DNA from: Guillardia theta CCMP2712
Lineage: Eukaryota; Protista; Cryptophyta
Direction of reading: 5' to 3'
NCBI RefSeq assembly: GCF_000315625.1
Contig: NW_005434602.1
Span: 367,848 to 431,847 of the forward strand
DNA: 64,000 nucleotides
The position numbers and the translations under genes were made by a program. Below, piece after piece: positions 50,101 through 62,600 of this stretch. Within the stretch, counting starts at the first letter, position 1, and each line of letters begins with the position of its first letter. The notes below the pieces were generated by a model. The model saw only the letters and a list, made by a program, of their open reading frames with translations. It was not told the DNA's origin and searched no databases.

Positions 50101-52704
50101 GAGGTGAAGGTGGTGACGAGCTTCCTACATGACATGGGAGTGATCAAGTACTTTGGTCATGACATGAAGGAAAATCAAGCCCAGCCAGACAAGGGCAAGT
50201 ACTCAATCGAAGACACCATCTTCATCGATCCCGTGTGGATGATCGACGTGTTCAAGGGCGTGATGCGACACGATTGGCAGCACCTCCTCAACTTCTTTCG
50301 ACAGGACCCGAGCAAGTCCAAGAAGACAAAGAAGCTGCTTCATCTCGGCATCGTAGACGAAGACATGTTTGAATACCTGTGGCCCCAAGAAGGCAGTGAT
50401 TTCTGGGAGAGTACTAACAACACGCTGCTATCGTCCGGATTTACAAGAACCCATCTGAATGTGCAGCAGGCCGTCGCTCTCCTGCGGGGCTGCGATCTTG
50501 CGCACTTTCTTGCAGCAAGTGAAACTTCTGATGGTGAAACTTCTGAAGGCAAGCATAAAGAGTGGGAGCTTCTTTGTCCCGGCATCATCCCTCCTTTCGC
50601 ACATCAGCACAGGCTAGCAGTGAAGGAGTCCCATTCTTTGTGTGTGCATGTCGAGTGCCAGTACAACATCTTCCCCGCAGGCTTCACCGACAGGCTGGTC
50701 GTGCTCTGTGCCGCTCGGCATTTCGAGGTAGACTGCAGCGGTACGATGGCGGTGATGAAGGGCTGGGGGCGAACGCTCCTGGTAAGCTGGAGTGAAGATG
50801 AAGACAAGCATACGTTGATAGCTCATGCGTCGACGAAGAAACAGATCGAAAACTTTGAAGAGGACTTGAAGCAACTGGAGGCGTTCTTCCCGGGAATGAT
50901 TCGCAGGAGACGAGAAGAGAAAACCTCAGGCGAGGAGGTAGTGCAGGTTGGGATCTTCGCATATGGCGAAAAGTCAAGTAAATGTGCTAGGGATATCCAA
51001 GAGAAGATCAAATGCATCTACCGAAAAAATAGCATTCCTCTGGAACACTCTTCTGTCGTCTATGTCAGTGATGATAGCAACGCACAGCGTCCTCCTAATT
51101 GCCTTGTGAATATCTTGTGCATCTCGAATGAGAGCGAAGGGAGCAAGACTACAGAAAACAAATTCTTTCAGTTGTGGAACGAGCTGACCGCCAGCAGAGC
51201 TATGATCATTCCTGTTGTTCTCGCGGACTATCAGATCAGGAACTATGACAAGTGGTGGCCTGAGGGCATCGCTGGAATGGAGCGGTACAAGATCTTCCAC
51301 AAGTACGAGGCGAATGACAAATCAATGCAGTTGCTGTACAACACGATTATTCAGAAGTTGCATCAAGGGCAAGAAAGCGACGATGACATATCGTCTGTCA
51401 CTAGTCAGAATAGGCTCCTGTGCGAAGATTGCTTGCATGAAATCTCTGTATCAGGAGACGTTGGTGAGTACAACCTTCCGCAAGCTAATCAGGGAATTGA
51501 CAAACAAGACGTCATGACACGTCAACAAAGATTCTTGACGTGCACAAAGGATCGTCATCACAGAGAGCTGAAGGATGTGCTAAAGTTCAACAGCTCTTGC
51601 TCCCCCTGTCCTTCCTGCTTGAAGCAAAAGAAGGTGCCACATTTCTTCCCCCGACCCACGTGCTTGACCAAGCTTGCTCGCGAGCTGACGGCTAAGATCT
51701 TCTGCCCTGGTTGTTCCAAGGACGTGAACGTCCTCGATGTCACTCCTCCGCAAGTGTTCTTGAGCTACAATTGGGGAACAAACAACTCGACGCAGGAGAT
51801 GGTGAGGCAAGTGAAACGGATGATCGAAGAGGAGACAAGCTTGCAGTGTTGGTTCGATGTGGAGGGAGGGATCAATGCGGGAGAGGACCACGTAAAAAAC
51901 ATGGAGCTCGGAGTATCTCGTTGCGAGCTGTTCATCCTCTTCATGAGCCACAAGTACGTCAAGAGTGCAAACTGCAGGAGAGAGTACGTGCGCGCATGTG
52001 AAGCAGGGAAGTACATCATCCCGGTGTTTGTTCCGGTCCTCTTCAAAGAAGCATCAGATTCGGAGTCAGGCTGGAGGGGCGACAAGGGCAAAGAATGGTG
52101 GAAGTCGATTGCTGATGTTGAAGGCAAAGCCGCTGAAGGAAATAAGGTTGATTGGAATCATCTCAAGCACTTTCCCAAGACTTTCAACCTCTCAGCTGGA
52201 GGAGGAACAGATGAGATTCAAGTTTTAGGCGTCGAGGAGCTCGTCGCTGCTGTGCAAGCAAGAGTTTACAGGGGAGACACTGTCTTCCATGAGGTGATTC
52301 ATGCTATTCTCTCTTGATGCGAATATTGCTAACGCGGATGACAGGAGGCGCAGGAGGAAGGAGAGAAACGGAGACCGAAGAAGGTGCTGGACAGAGCAGA
52401 CCATTTCCTGTATGAGTTTAGACGTCTGGATCTGAATGGTAAGGACTTGTGGAAAAGTGGTTTTAGTTGACGATGGAGAAGGTGATGGAGAATTGAGTGC
52501 CGATGAACTGTTTGAGGGTCTCAGGTTTAGGATGTCACAGGATGAGGTGTCGAGGCTCTTCGATTGCATGGTAGGAAGTTTGTTCGTCCGCGTTGTGATG
52601 TTGACACGTACTGACTATGAAAGGACGCAAATGGTGATGGGAGAATTTCCATGGAAGAGTTTATTGATGCTAGAAAGAAGATGATCGAAGATACAATTTT
52701 GTGA
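47135..52704 (+). CDS. Roco-family protein: MGC N-terminus, Cys/His region with microexon-encoded segment, short LRR, ROC GTPase, COR, TIR-like, Cys-rich, TIR, 2 EF-hands
   Basis: Exons 47135-47248, 13 x 3-nt, 48730-52293, 52345-52438, 52482-52570 and 52624-52704. ROC motifs GNGEAGKTS, TIGID, DFGGQ, THID; TIR VFLSYNW..CWFD..SANCRRE; EF loops DLNGDGELSADE and DANGDGRISMEE are each formed by splicing. Confidence 0.85.
47249..48729 (+). repeat. Tandem array of ~105-115-bp units = homologous introns flanking 13 three-nucleotide microexons
   Basis: Each unit reads GTAAG(T)...CTGAC...T-rich...YAG|NNN|GTAAGT. Confidence 0.8.
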
Positions 52705-52754
52705 GGTACTTAAAGTCGAACGTCAAGTCCCTTTTTCGTTTTCACAAAGCAATT

Positions 52755-53490
52755 CTAGTCTAAAGAGGCGCGCGAGCACTGGGAGTACACGGCCTACAAT
52801 GCGAACCCTGTTTCTGAGGTCTCTTTCTACTTTCTACTTCTGCTGTCTTCTCTTGGCTTCCTCAGCCTCAGTCAGGAGAGTTGCCTCTCCTCCCCTTGGC
52901 CTTCAGTCGCCACCTACTCCTCCTCCGTTCAGCTTCCTCAGCCTCAGTCAGGAGAGTTGCCTCTCCTCACCTTGGCCTTCGGTTGCCTCCTACATCCCCT
53001 CCTTACCTTGCTTACCTTGCTGACTCGTCGGTCGCTCTCCGAGTCCCCCTCTTGTCCACCTCTTCTTCGCCGTGATTTCTTGCTTCAAGCTCCGCTCAGC
53101 TCAAGCTCGGTACGGGCTTCTTCATCATCCTCTCCATGCATCTCTGCGAATTTACTCCTTGCCTTCCTGCTGTCTCCTTCAAGCGGCACGCGAGTCCAGT
53201 GCTTGCTGTGCAACCACTCCGCTAGCTTCTCCTTGAGCGCATTGCGTCCCACTCCCTGCTCCTCTGGCGTCTTCGCCCACTCTCCCAGCGACATGAACTC
53301 CAGGCTCCCTGGAGAGTAGAAGGTGTCGTAGAGGTTGCTCGTTCGTCCCTCGGTCACGAGCTGCATGTCCTCTTGGCTTGACGGAGATGCTGCCTCCATT
53401 GTGATCCTCTCCAGGTCTGTAAACTCCAGCCATTCTCCCTCGCTCTCCTCCTGCCGCTGAGCGTCGCCAGCGCCCCGCTGACCAGCCTGA
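52755..53490 (-). pseudogene. Inverted, internally deleted copy of 44680-45579
   Basis: Reverse complement of the 3' part and 3' flank of the 44197 gene, ending at ...CTCTTTAGACTAG. Confidence 0.8.
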
Positions 53491-53498
53491 GGTCAAGC

Positions 53499-54908
53499 AT
53501 GAGCACAGGCCGCTTCTCGAGGAAGGAGATGGAAGCGCTGTGCGGAGGAGGTAACACATCGATCACGAGAGTCAAGCGAGCCATGTTGGAGTTAGCAAGA
53601 AGAATGAACCTCAAGCTGGTCAGCGTCGAGGTCGAGGAGGATCGTGACACGCTCAGCTGGGATGGGAGCCTGATAGCTCTCTCCCTGGCGACCAAGGCAG
53701 AGGCTCGACGCATGATGGAAGGCATCCCCTTCTACTTGGAAGGGATCCTGGAAGTCAAGCTCGAAGCTGTAGGTTTCAAGCTCAGCTCTCAGCATGAGGA
53801 GGAGAGCGAGGAGCAAGCCCAAGAGTCCCAAGGGCAGCAGCAAGGCGCTGGATGGCTGGAGCTCAGCGACATCGACAGGATCACCATGGAAGCAGCGTCG
53901 CCGTCAGGGCCAGTCGATCAACAGGTCTTGCTCGACCTCTCGACGATGCTCTTGGAGACATCAGAGGAGGAGCTGCTAGCTGGCAAGCCGATCTCTCTGG
54001 AGCTAGACAAGAGTGTTGGCAAGCTGCATGACACCTTCTGCTCGCCGGGCAACGTGGAGTTCATGACGCTCGGAGCTTGGGCAGCCACGCCGACGTTGGG
54101 ATCGAAGCGAAACATGTTGAAGGAAAAGCTCAGAGCTTACCTCGGCGAGCAGCGCTGGACACGGGTGCAAGGGAATAAGGCAGCGAGGAGGGGCAGCGCC
54201 TTCTCTCCAAGGGCAGCAGCGACTGATGCGCTCGAGCAGGAGGCTGAGAGCGATGACATCGAGAGTCGATCTGTAAGCCTCTTGTTTCTTGCGATCAGTA
54301 AATTTGCTGAGCACCATGGGTTGAGCTGCACGGGCAAGGTCGACAAGCTCGTCAGCGAGCTGCAGCTCGTCAGCGAGCTGTCAGCAGTCATCGAAGATGC
54401 AACTTCTTTGAACGAGGCGGGGACGAGCGAGCCGATCAAGCTGGTCTTGGACAAGGCCGTTGGCAACCTCCACGACACCTTCTACTCTCCGGGGAGCCTG
54501 GAGTTCATGTCGCTGGGAGAGTGGGCGAAGACGCCAGAGGAGCAGGGAGTGGGACGCAACGTTCTCAAGGAGAAGCTAGCGGAGTGGTTGCACAGCAAGC
54601 GCTGGACTCGCGTGCAAGGAGACAGCAAGAAGGCAAGGAGGGGCAGCGCGTTCTCGCCACGGGCAACGGCAGCTGCTGAGCTTGAGCAGGAGGCGGAGAG
54701 CGACGACATAGAGCGTCGATCTCTTAGCTTCCTGTTCATAGCACTGAGTAAATTCGCAGAGATGCATGTGCTGGCCTGCTCGCTGAAGGTGGACAAGAAG
54801 GACCGACTGCGGGTGGAGATGAGGGAAGATGACGAAGAAGAGGAAGACATGGAGGAAGAGCAAGGCGAGGGCGAGGAAGGAGACGGGACGAGCCCGTACC
54901 GAGCTTGA
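53499..54908 (+). CDS. Chimeric/5'-truncated copy of the 44197 family with two tandem domain units
   Basis: First unit is a diverged paralog; second unit (54363-54908) is near-identical to 44804-45315. Confidence 0.6.
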   Translation: MSTGRFSRKEMEALCGGGNTSITRVKRAMLELARRMNLKLVSVEVEEDRDTLSWDGSLIALSLATKAEARRMMEGIPFYLEGILEVKLEAVGFKLSSQHEEESEEQAQESQGQQQGAGWLELSDIDRITMEAASPSGPVDQQVLLDLSTMLLETSEEELLAGKPISLELDKSVGKLHDTFCSPGNVEFMTLGAWAATPTLGSKRNMLKEKLRAYLGEQRWTRVQGNKAARRGSAFSPRAAATDALEQEAESDDIESRSVSLLFLAISKFAEHHGLSCTGKVDKLVSELQLVSELSAVIEDATSLNEAGTSEPIKLVLDKAVGNLHDTFYSPGSLEFMSLGEWAKTPEEQGVGRNVLKEKLAEWLHSKRWTRVQGDSKKARRGSAFSPRATAAAELEQEAESDDIERRSLSFLFIALSKFAEMHVLACSLKVDKKDRLRVEMREDDEEEEDMEEEQGEGEEGDGTSPYRA

Positions 54909-55028
54909 GCTGAGCTCAAGGCAAGGAGGGAAGGTAGGAGGCAACCGAAGGCCAAGGTTGCGACTGAAGGCCAAGGTGAGGAGAGGCAACTCTAACATTA
55001 AGCTCAGCATCGTCGGAGGCGACTTCTC

Positions 55029-55424
55029 ATCCTACATCAGGGATTGACCGCTTGAAGAAATGGGACTACATTATCAGACAACAGACAATGGTGGCAAGGA
55101 TTCGAGCGGGAGACCTCACCTTGACAGAGAAATTCATGCTCGAAATGCATGTGGGAAGAGATCTCTTAGGCAAAGCGCTTAGGCAAAGCCAAGGTTCAGT
55201 TACGCGAACAGCTATCCAAGCGATCACCTTCTCAGCACCGATCCAGACCGCGAAGAAACCTGGGGTCATGTTCAGCTTGCGTGTCGGCAGTTCCAAGATA
55301 TGACTCAAAAAGCGCACAATGAAGTCATGAAGAAGATCAAGGTAAGATTGCAGCAAAGTTGGAGGAAACAAAGGTTACAGGTCAATTCATGGTGGGAAAC
55401 TCCAATGCGCATCGTGATGGAAGC
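55029..55424 (+). mobile_element. Fragment of the RLE non-LTR element (equivalent to 62319-62769) with a 55-nt internal deletion
   Basis: Near-identical sequence (LKKWDYIIRQQ...); cut exactly at the gypsy LTR start. Confidence 0.9.
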
Positions 55425-55671
55425 TGTTGTATCCATGAGGATCCGGAACCTCGGATACTCGTCGGATACTCTGCCGGATATTCCCTATATAGGCGGACGC
55501 ATCTCGTGCGGACGGCCTCCTGAATTTCCCCCACTTGCATGCACAGTGAGTGTGGTGGTTGTGCGTAGTTTACCTCCTAGTAAACTTAGAGACTTCTATT
55601 TCCTGCTTCCCAATCTTCTTCATCCTTACTTTACTCGTGTCGTTGACAATCTCTGTGTTGTGTATACAACA
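55425..55671 (+). repeat. 5' LTR of a Ty3/gypsy element (247 bp)
   Basis: TGTTGTAT...ATACAACA 8-bp terminal inverted repeats, TATA-like CTATATA, followed by TTC-TGG (PBS-like) and the gag ATG. Confidence 0.75.
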
Positions 55672-57230
55672 TTCTGGAAGCGAAGTGGTTGATTCATGAC
55701 CTCGAAACAAGGAAGAGGAGGAAAGAAACCTCAGCCGGAAAGGAGCCCTCAACCTCGATCTAAGCAATCAGGAGCATTTCAAACAGAAATTGCTGAAGAG
55801 AGTTCTGAGGAAGAAGTCGAATGGAGCGAGCGGCTGCAGCTGCAGCAGCAGCAGCTTTCTCCGAGTCAGACCAGTGGATCTTTGACTCAAACTTATAGGG
55901 ATGGAGATGTACAACGTGAAGCGCTGTCTAGCGCGGATCAACGGGCCCGAAACAAGAGGGATACTCCCTTGCGAAGTATTCTGCGATCAGAGGAGGCAAC
56001 TCAGCGAGCAGCCTCCCCTGCAACATCGGTACGTCTGCCAAGCTCGGAAAATTTTTCATCCGACCCCGTCATGTCCTCGCCAGTGGCGCAGGACCGAGCT
56101 CTTCTCCTTCTTCGTCGAATGTGTGCCCTTCTGGCTGACACCATGCAGGACGAGCGTTTCCACATGCTCGCCAATGCTGCCGACGAATTTGCGACAGCCG
56201 ACGCTGCTGCAACACCCGAGCTCCAGCATCTCGCACGGAACGTTACCCTGCTGTAAGATGCTAATGCTGATATCTATTCAGCTGAGGAATCAGCTAGCGC
56301 TGAATCCTCTGATCAGGAACCAGTCCTCTCCAATCGGACTCTCGTGAATGTGCTAACGAACTCCAAGAGTTTCAATGCCAGCCGCATTCCGATGTACAAA
56401 GGTTTTGCTGATCCCCGCTCTGTCGAAGAATTCCTTCGTCAGTGCAACCGCGAATTAATCGCTCAAGAGATCCCAACTCGCAAATGGGTGAAGAGCATCA
56501 CGCCGTTGTTCACCAACGAAGTGATGGTGGTGGTAGAACGTAAGTACGGAAAGAGTCTCGAGGCCATCAACAAGCTTAAATGGGATGAATTTTCAACTCA
56601 TCTAAGTTCGTGTCTAGCCCCGATGCGGCAAGCCAAGAATTATCAGACTCAGCTTGATCAGCTCAAGCAGCAGCCCAACGAATCCGCCTGGGCGTACTTG
56701 ACTCGCGCCACGACACTCTTCGCAACGCTCGAATCGCAGGTAGGGTCAGCCATCCTGTACTTCAACGATCAGCCACTCCGGAAATTCATCAAGGGATTTT
56801 CGCATACGCCGACGCGCACGTCTATCCACACATGGTTTACGATTTATCGCAGTCAGTACGGACACGGAGAAGACATGTTCTCTCGCCTAGTCACTTTCAT
56901 CACAGCTCTTCTGGACGATGGTGAACCGCTAACAGTGTCTAAGCAGCCTAACAATTCAGCTGCTGCTAACGCTGCGCAGACCTCTTCGCACACTAAGGCC
57001 AAAGCTAACGGTGGGCAGAACAAGAAGAAGTCCAACGGTAAAGAAAACCAGCGCAAGCAGAAGTCCATCCGTTGTTTTTACTGTCAAGAACCGGGTCATA
57101 TCAAGCCCGACTGCGAGCAGTACAAGCGCGAAGTCGCCCTCCAGCAGGAGCGCCATGAGAAACTCATGGCAACCCAGCATGAACAGCATGTTCAGCTTTT
57201 AGCTGCTCTTCAACCGCTCGCGACGCGTGC

Positions 57231-57291
57231 GGGAAACGAGTAGCAGCGGTAGGCAACGAGAGGGGAGCATCACTTGCTCCTCCTGCCGCTG
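57231..57291 (+). promoter_or_regulatory. -1 programmed ribosomal frameshift signal (gag-pol)
   Basis: G GGA AAC heptamer in the gag frame just before TAG; -1 frame is open into the protease; downstream hairpin CAGCGGTAGG..GGGGAGCA/TGCTCCTC..CCTGCCGCTG. Confidence 0.8.
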
Positions 57292-59653
57292 GTCTTTTCC
57301 CCAGCCCTCTCTTACCAGGTAGCAGCGCTTTACCTCCTCATCGGAGCTCGCTAAGCCATTTCGTGCTGCCGCCTGATCGGAACGCGTCGTGCTCAACGGC
57401 CGCGTCCCTTCCTTCGGGTCAACTACATGTTTGCCCCTGCTTAGCCCTCAGCCGTGGCGACGCCTCCGCGCCGCTTCAGCTCGCCTTACCCGATCTTATT
57501 CGGCTCCCCGTTAGCGTCAGCTCTTCCCGAGTTCATGCTCACCAGACCGTTGCCCTGCTCGATCACGGCGCGACGATCAATATCATGTCTCAGCAGCTTT
57601 TTCAGCAGCTGGGCCTCTCCGAGACTCTGCTACAGCGTGATACTCAGTTCACCGTGCAAGTTGCGGACGACCGCGAAGTGCAAACCCTCGGCGCCGTCTC
57701 GCTCGCCTATCGCATCGGCCGCTTTTCAAGCAAAGATACGTTTCATATCTTGCCACGTTGTTCTCAACCCTTGATCTTGTCCCTCCAGTGGATACATCGT
57801 CACAACGCTGTATACGTTCCGCGGACCCGAGAAGTGTTCGTCGATTCCCCCAAAGCTCGACGAGCCCCTCCGATTAGCTTGCCAGTTCAGCATCAAGTGC
57901 CCTACAAGGACTCGGTCTTAGCTGTGACAACCGTCTCGCTCACCGATGCTCACGCTCTGCGTGTCGCCAATCCTAACGAGGAATGGTTCTTGTTGCACCT
58001 GCATGTCCCAACGACAGCTTCCGCCTCGGCCTCTTCCGCCGACCCGCCAGTGGGCGCCCCCGCTCACCTTGCTCAAGCCCTCTCTGAGGAATTCGCCGAC
58101 GTCCTCGTCGACGACCTGCCGCAAGGACTTCAGATCAACCGTCCCCCCCAGTTTGACGCTCACATTCAGCTCAAGCCAGGGACCTTGCCCATTAACTGCA
58201 GGCCATATCGCATCCCCCTTCATCTTGAAGGAGAACTCCAGGCTACCATCGCGTACATGCTCGAACACGACATCATCGAACCATCCAATAGTGAGTTTGC
58301 CTTTCCTGTGCTTTTCAGTCGACGCCCCAACGATCCACGCTCCCCAACTGATCCCAAAAGCTACCGCTTTTGCTGCGACCTTCGCCGCTTGAACCAAGTC
58401 GTCTTGAATCAGCCGACCGCCGCAACTCCTACCGTCGATGAGATGTTGGAAAAGATCGCCGACACCGTCCGTCAAGGCAAAGCCCGTCGCAAAACCGATG
58501 AGCAGCTATGCATCACTACGCTTGACAAGGGAAATCTTATCGCCAACGACCCATGGGTACTCCTCATTCCCACGCCGTTCCCTCGACACGCTTCGAAGTC
58601 GTCAGTCTCGACTTGCTGACCGGACTCCCACGAACTCGAGATAAGAACGATGCAATTCTTCTCTTCATTGACGAGTTCACAGGGCGAGTTTATCTCACCC
58701 CTTGCCGTAAATCGATTACTTCTGAACAAGCTGCTCAAAAATTCATCGAAACCGTGTTTCGATCCCAAGGCCTTCCTCAAGTCCTTATCAGCGACAACGC
58801 TGCCATCTTTTCGTCCAGATTCTGGAACGCGCTCTTCAAGATGCTCAACGTTCACGTGAAGCATTCGTCGCCTTTTATGCCTCAAAGCAACGGTCGACCC
58901 GAGCGTATGAACTCCGTCGTCCTCGAAGCTCTGCGTATCTACACCACGCAGTATCCTCGAGCCGATTGGGATAGGTACCTCCCCATCCTGGAGACTCACC
59001 TAAACTCAGCTGTTCGCCGTCCCATCGGTGCCAGCCCTTTCGAAGTCATGTTCGGCAAACCTATCAGGACACAACTCTCTCTGCCCTCACCTGACGATCA
59101 TCAGGACGAGACCCTCGACTCCATTCGTGAAGCAACCGAAGTCAGCGCCGAAGCTGCCCGAGCTGCTCTCGAAGCTGCAGCACGAGCCACCGAAGCTCGC
59201 CTTGCGCAGGCCCGTCGTCCCTGCCGCTATCAAGTTGGAGATCTGGTTTGGCTCTCTACCGCCAACCTCAACATCCCCGACGCCGCCTCGAAGCTCAACC
59301 CTCGCTTCGTTGGTCCCTTCCGCATCCTGGAATTTGTTTCAGACAACACCGTTCGTCTCGACGTCTCTCCTCGCTTCGCATCGATCAGAAACACCGTCAT
59401 CAACATCAAGTGGCTTCGTCCGCATACAGAGCGTGACCCTGCCTATCAAGATCCCCAGCGACCACCCGAACCTCTGGCCACCAGAGACGGCCTGGAATAC
59501 GAGATCGAGAGCATCCTCAGCAAACGTCGTCGCGGTCGAGGTATTCAGTACCTTGTTAAGTGGACAGGCTATGATCACGTCAGTGAGAACAATTGGCTCC
59601 CTGCTCGTGAGTTGCAGAAGAAATCAGGTCTTCGCGAACTCATCCGAGCACAT

Positions 59654-62600
59654 TCCGTGAGAGAGATGAAAACGCTTGTTCAAGTGGTAGAACGATTCTG
59701 TCGATGGAGTGGATTAGAACTGAACACGAAGAAATCTGAAATCACCAGCTTTGATTATCGGCTAAGGAGGGAGATCCCAGGAACACAAAACATCAAGTTC
59801 TTTGACAAGGAGTTTGTGAACCTACCACCGACAAAATGGTTCAAATATCTAGGGATCCGGATCAGCTTGTGGAGACCAGGAGGAAGAGGCAACAAGGCGC
59901 ACACCTGCCCCTTCACGTGGGGAGAGAAAGAACACATCTTGGAGAAGACAAAAGAACTGACAAAGCTGATTGAATCATCTGCTTACTCTGCAGCCCAAAA
60001 ATATTACCTGGTGAAGGTAGGCATCGTCAATATCTTTAGATACTCGGCGGTACTGGCGAGCTGGTCTTGGTCAGACTTACAAACCTTAGATACCCTCTGG
60101 ACCAGAGCATTCAAAAGAGCTATGGGATTGAGCAAGAGTACAAGCAACGCTATCTTTCACCTACCTTGGGACAGAGGAGGCCTCCAACTCCCCCATCCAG
60201 CACCCATCTTGGGAAGGGCGGCGATTCGGTATCTAGAGAAAGAAACGAATAAGAAATGCAGGGTGGATGATGATATCAAAAGCAGTCTGATACACAAACT
60301 AACATCATGGTGCAACCAATGGGGGTGTCAAACAATAAACCAGTTACAACGAGAAATCAGATCGGGCAGACTCAAAGAGAACAAAGAGATAAGAGGACCG
60401 GAAAGACTCGCAATCTGGATAGCGGAAAAGATGCAGACCACCATCAGTTGGGAAATGATTGAAAGCAAGATGAAACCGGGGACAATAGCCATCTTACACG
60501 ACCTGGAGGACAAGCTGCTCTCAGAAGAAAACTCCCTGCTGTCCGGAGAAAACTCCCTACCTACATCTCCTGCTCGGCAAGGCTGGGAGAGTTTTGCAAA
60601 GGCATGGAGACTACTGCCCCAAGTAGGCTTCCACTCCATGACAAGTGTCTTACCCGTCCCAGATACCGAGGGCATCTCCCTGCACCTGCCCATCCGACTC
60701 TGGCCATTCCCAAAGCAAAGGGAACAAGCAGAAGAAATCCTTGCACAATATCTGCAAGCGAATGTCATCTGGGCAAAACTCGGACATGAGCAGGCAGGAA
60801 CAGGGAAGAGAAGAAGGCCAGCCAGGGAGGAGGGGAAGCCTCTAAACAAGAGAAGGAAAGGAAAAAGGGAGGCTAGCCCACATGAACTTCAGCCACACAA
60901 GAAACTAGCCAGACCGGACCAAGGGAGAGAGGAAACGAATACGAAGGCTTGTACCCGGGTAATTTTGAGGCGGTGGCTCCAACATGACCCCACCTGTTAT
61001 GATGAAGGAGGGAATCAGCAAGAAAGATTCTGTTACACTACAAGCAACATACCTTTCAAAGTTCAAGGGAACATAGCCATCTTTGAGCGATCTCAAATTG
61101 AAGAAAGCAAGACCGTGGATTCACCAATAGAATGGTTGGAAGCGTCGCTGGACTCGGCTCCCTTCGCATCTGCAACAAGGGAAGAGGACGGTAATAACCG
61201 AAGAGACTGCAATCAAAGCATCCATCTGCTGCTGGAAATAGTTAATGCATTGGACGACGGCGAAACAGAAGCTACAGCATGGTGGCAACAACTCGAGGAG
61301 GTAGTATCAGAGGTTCGCCAAGAAACAACACAACCATTGGCATACGAGTTTTTACAACATCTAGCAGAGATTACAGAATGCGACATCAGTACATTTCGTA
61401 ACTGGCCTACCCTACACACACATCCCCAGGCTCTGGGCAAAAAGAGAGCAAGGGAACTGCACAGAGTGGTGGTTTGGATGGACAAACAAAAGAGATTTCG
61501 TGAACAAATCCTGGATACAATACATGTCATTCTGATAGGATGGAAGAATAACATTGGTGAGATACCAGAAGGTTTTGAAATTATCAGCCGGGTCCCGAAA
61601 GGCGTTCAAATAGCTTATGCAGCAAAGTTCTGGAGGACAGGAAACCGATGCCTGACGAAAACTGTAGAGGAGTTATGGATACTAGTTAGGCACACACTCC
61701 CAACACACTTACGAGACCAGCTTCAGGACAACATCCTCCCAACGTATGAGGAGCTGTGTAACAGACGAAGGGATCAGATCCAGCCGCGCAGCAATCATCA
61801 AGGCGGAAGGCATTTCACAGCAGCTATTGAAGGAGACATCACGCAGGGCAGAAAAAACAGATCCATGCGAATAGGATATGTTCTCCAACAAAAAGAGATG
61901 ACGTCAGGAGGAGGGATGAAAATCAATGGGAAGTGCAGCATCATCCGAGCGAACACAATCGCAATTGGCTTACTTCTGCAACATGTCCTTGAGGAAGGAA
62001 TACAGATCAAAAGGGGAAATCAAGTCACAATAATGTACCAGTCCACACGTTTCCACCGCTTTATGACAAATACGTTGCGAATGGATACCATGCGATACGA
62101 AGACGAACTGCTGGAGGACTTACATGATCGGTTACTCACTTGCATGAAGAAACTCGAAGGGAGGGGAATCAGGATCCGACTCCAACTAGCAAAAGAATCT
62201 CAGAGACACATTCAAGAGGCCAAAGAATTGGCCAAGCAAGGAAAACAAACAGTTGCCTCGGGATGGGAGAAAGCAATCTACGATAGCCCAATGGAGTTCA
62301 TCATTGCAGGAGAAGAAAATCCTACATCAGGATTCGATCGCTTGAAGAAATGGGACTACATTATCAGACAACAGACAATGGTGGCAAGGATTCGAGCGGG
62401 AGACCTCACCTTGACAGAGAAATTCATGCTCGAAATGCATGTGGGAAGAGATCTCTTAGGCAAAGCGCTAAGACAAAGCCAAGGTTCAGTTACGCGAACA
62501 GCTATCCAAGCGATAACCTTCTCAGCACCGACGAGGAAGAAGCTCTTTCAATGGGGGAAGACCAACTCACCATGCTGTCCCCACTGTCCAGACCGAGAAG

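Larger units (their letters stand above)
55425..59653 (+). mobile_element. Defective Ty3/gypsy chromovirus: gag, protease, truncated RT, integrase core, chromodomain; no 3' LTR
   Basis: gag 55696-57243 with in-frame TAA at 56254 and CFYCQEPGHIKPDC knuckle; protease LLDHGAT; RT N-terminus PYRIP..IIEPS..YRFCCDLRRLN; integrase SLDL..ISDN..PQSNGRPER, GPF; chromodomain YEIESIL..YLVKWTGY. Confidence 0.92.

Noticed and set aside
56254-56256. Programmed stop read-through in gag
   Set aside because: The element is otherwise defective, so a nonsense mutation is simpler; this cannot be tested without other copies.
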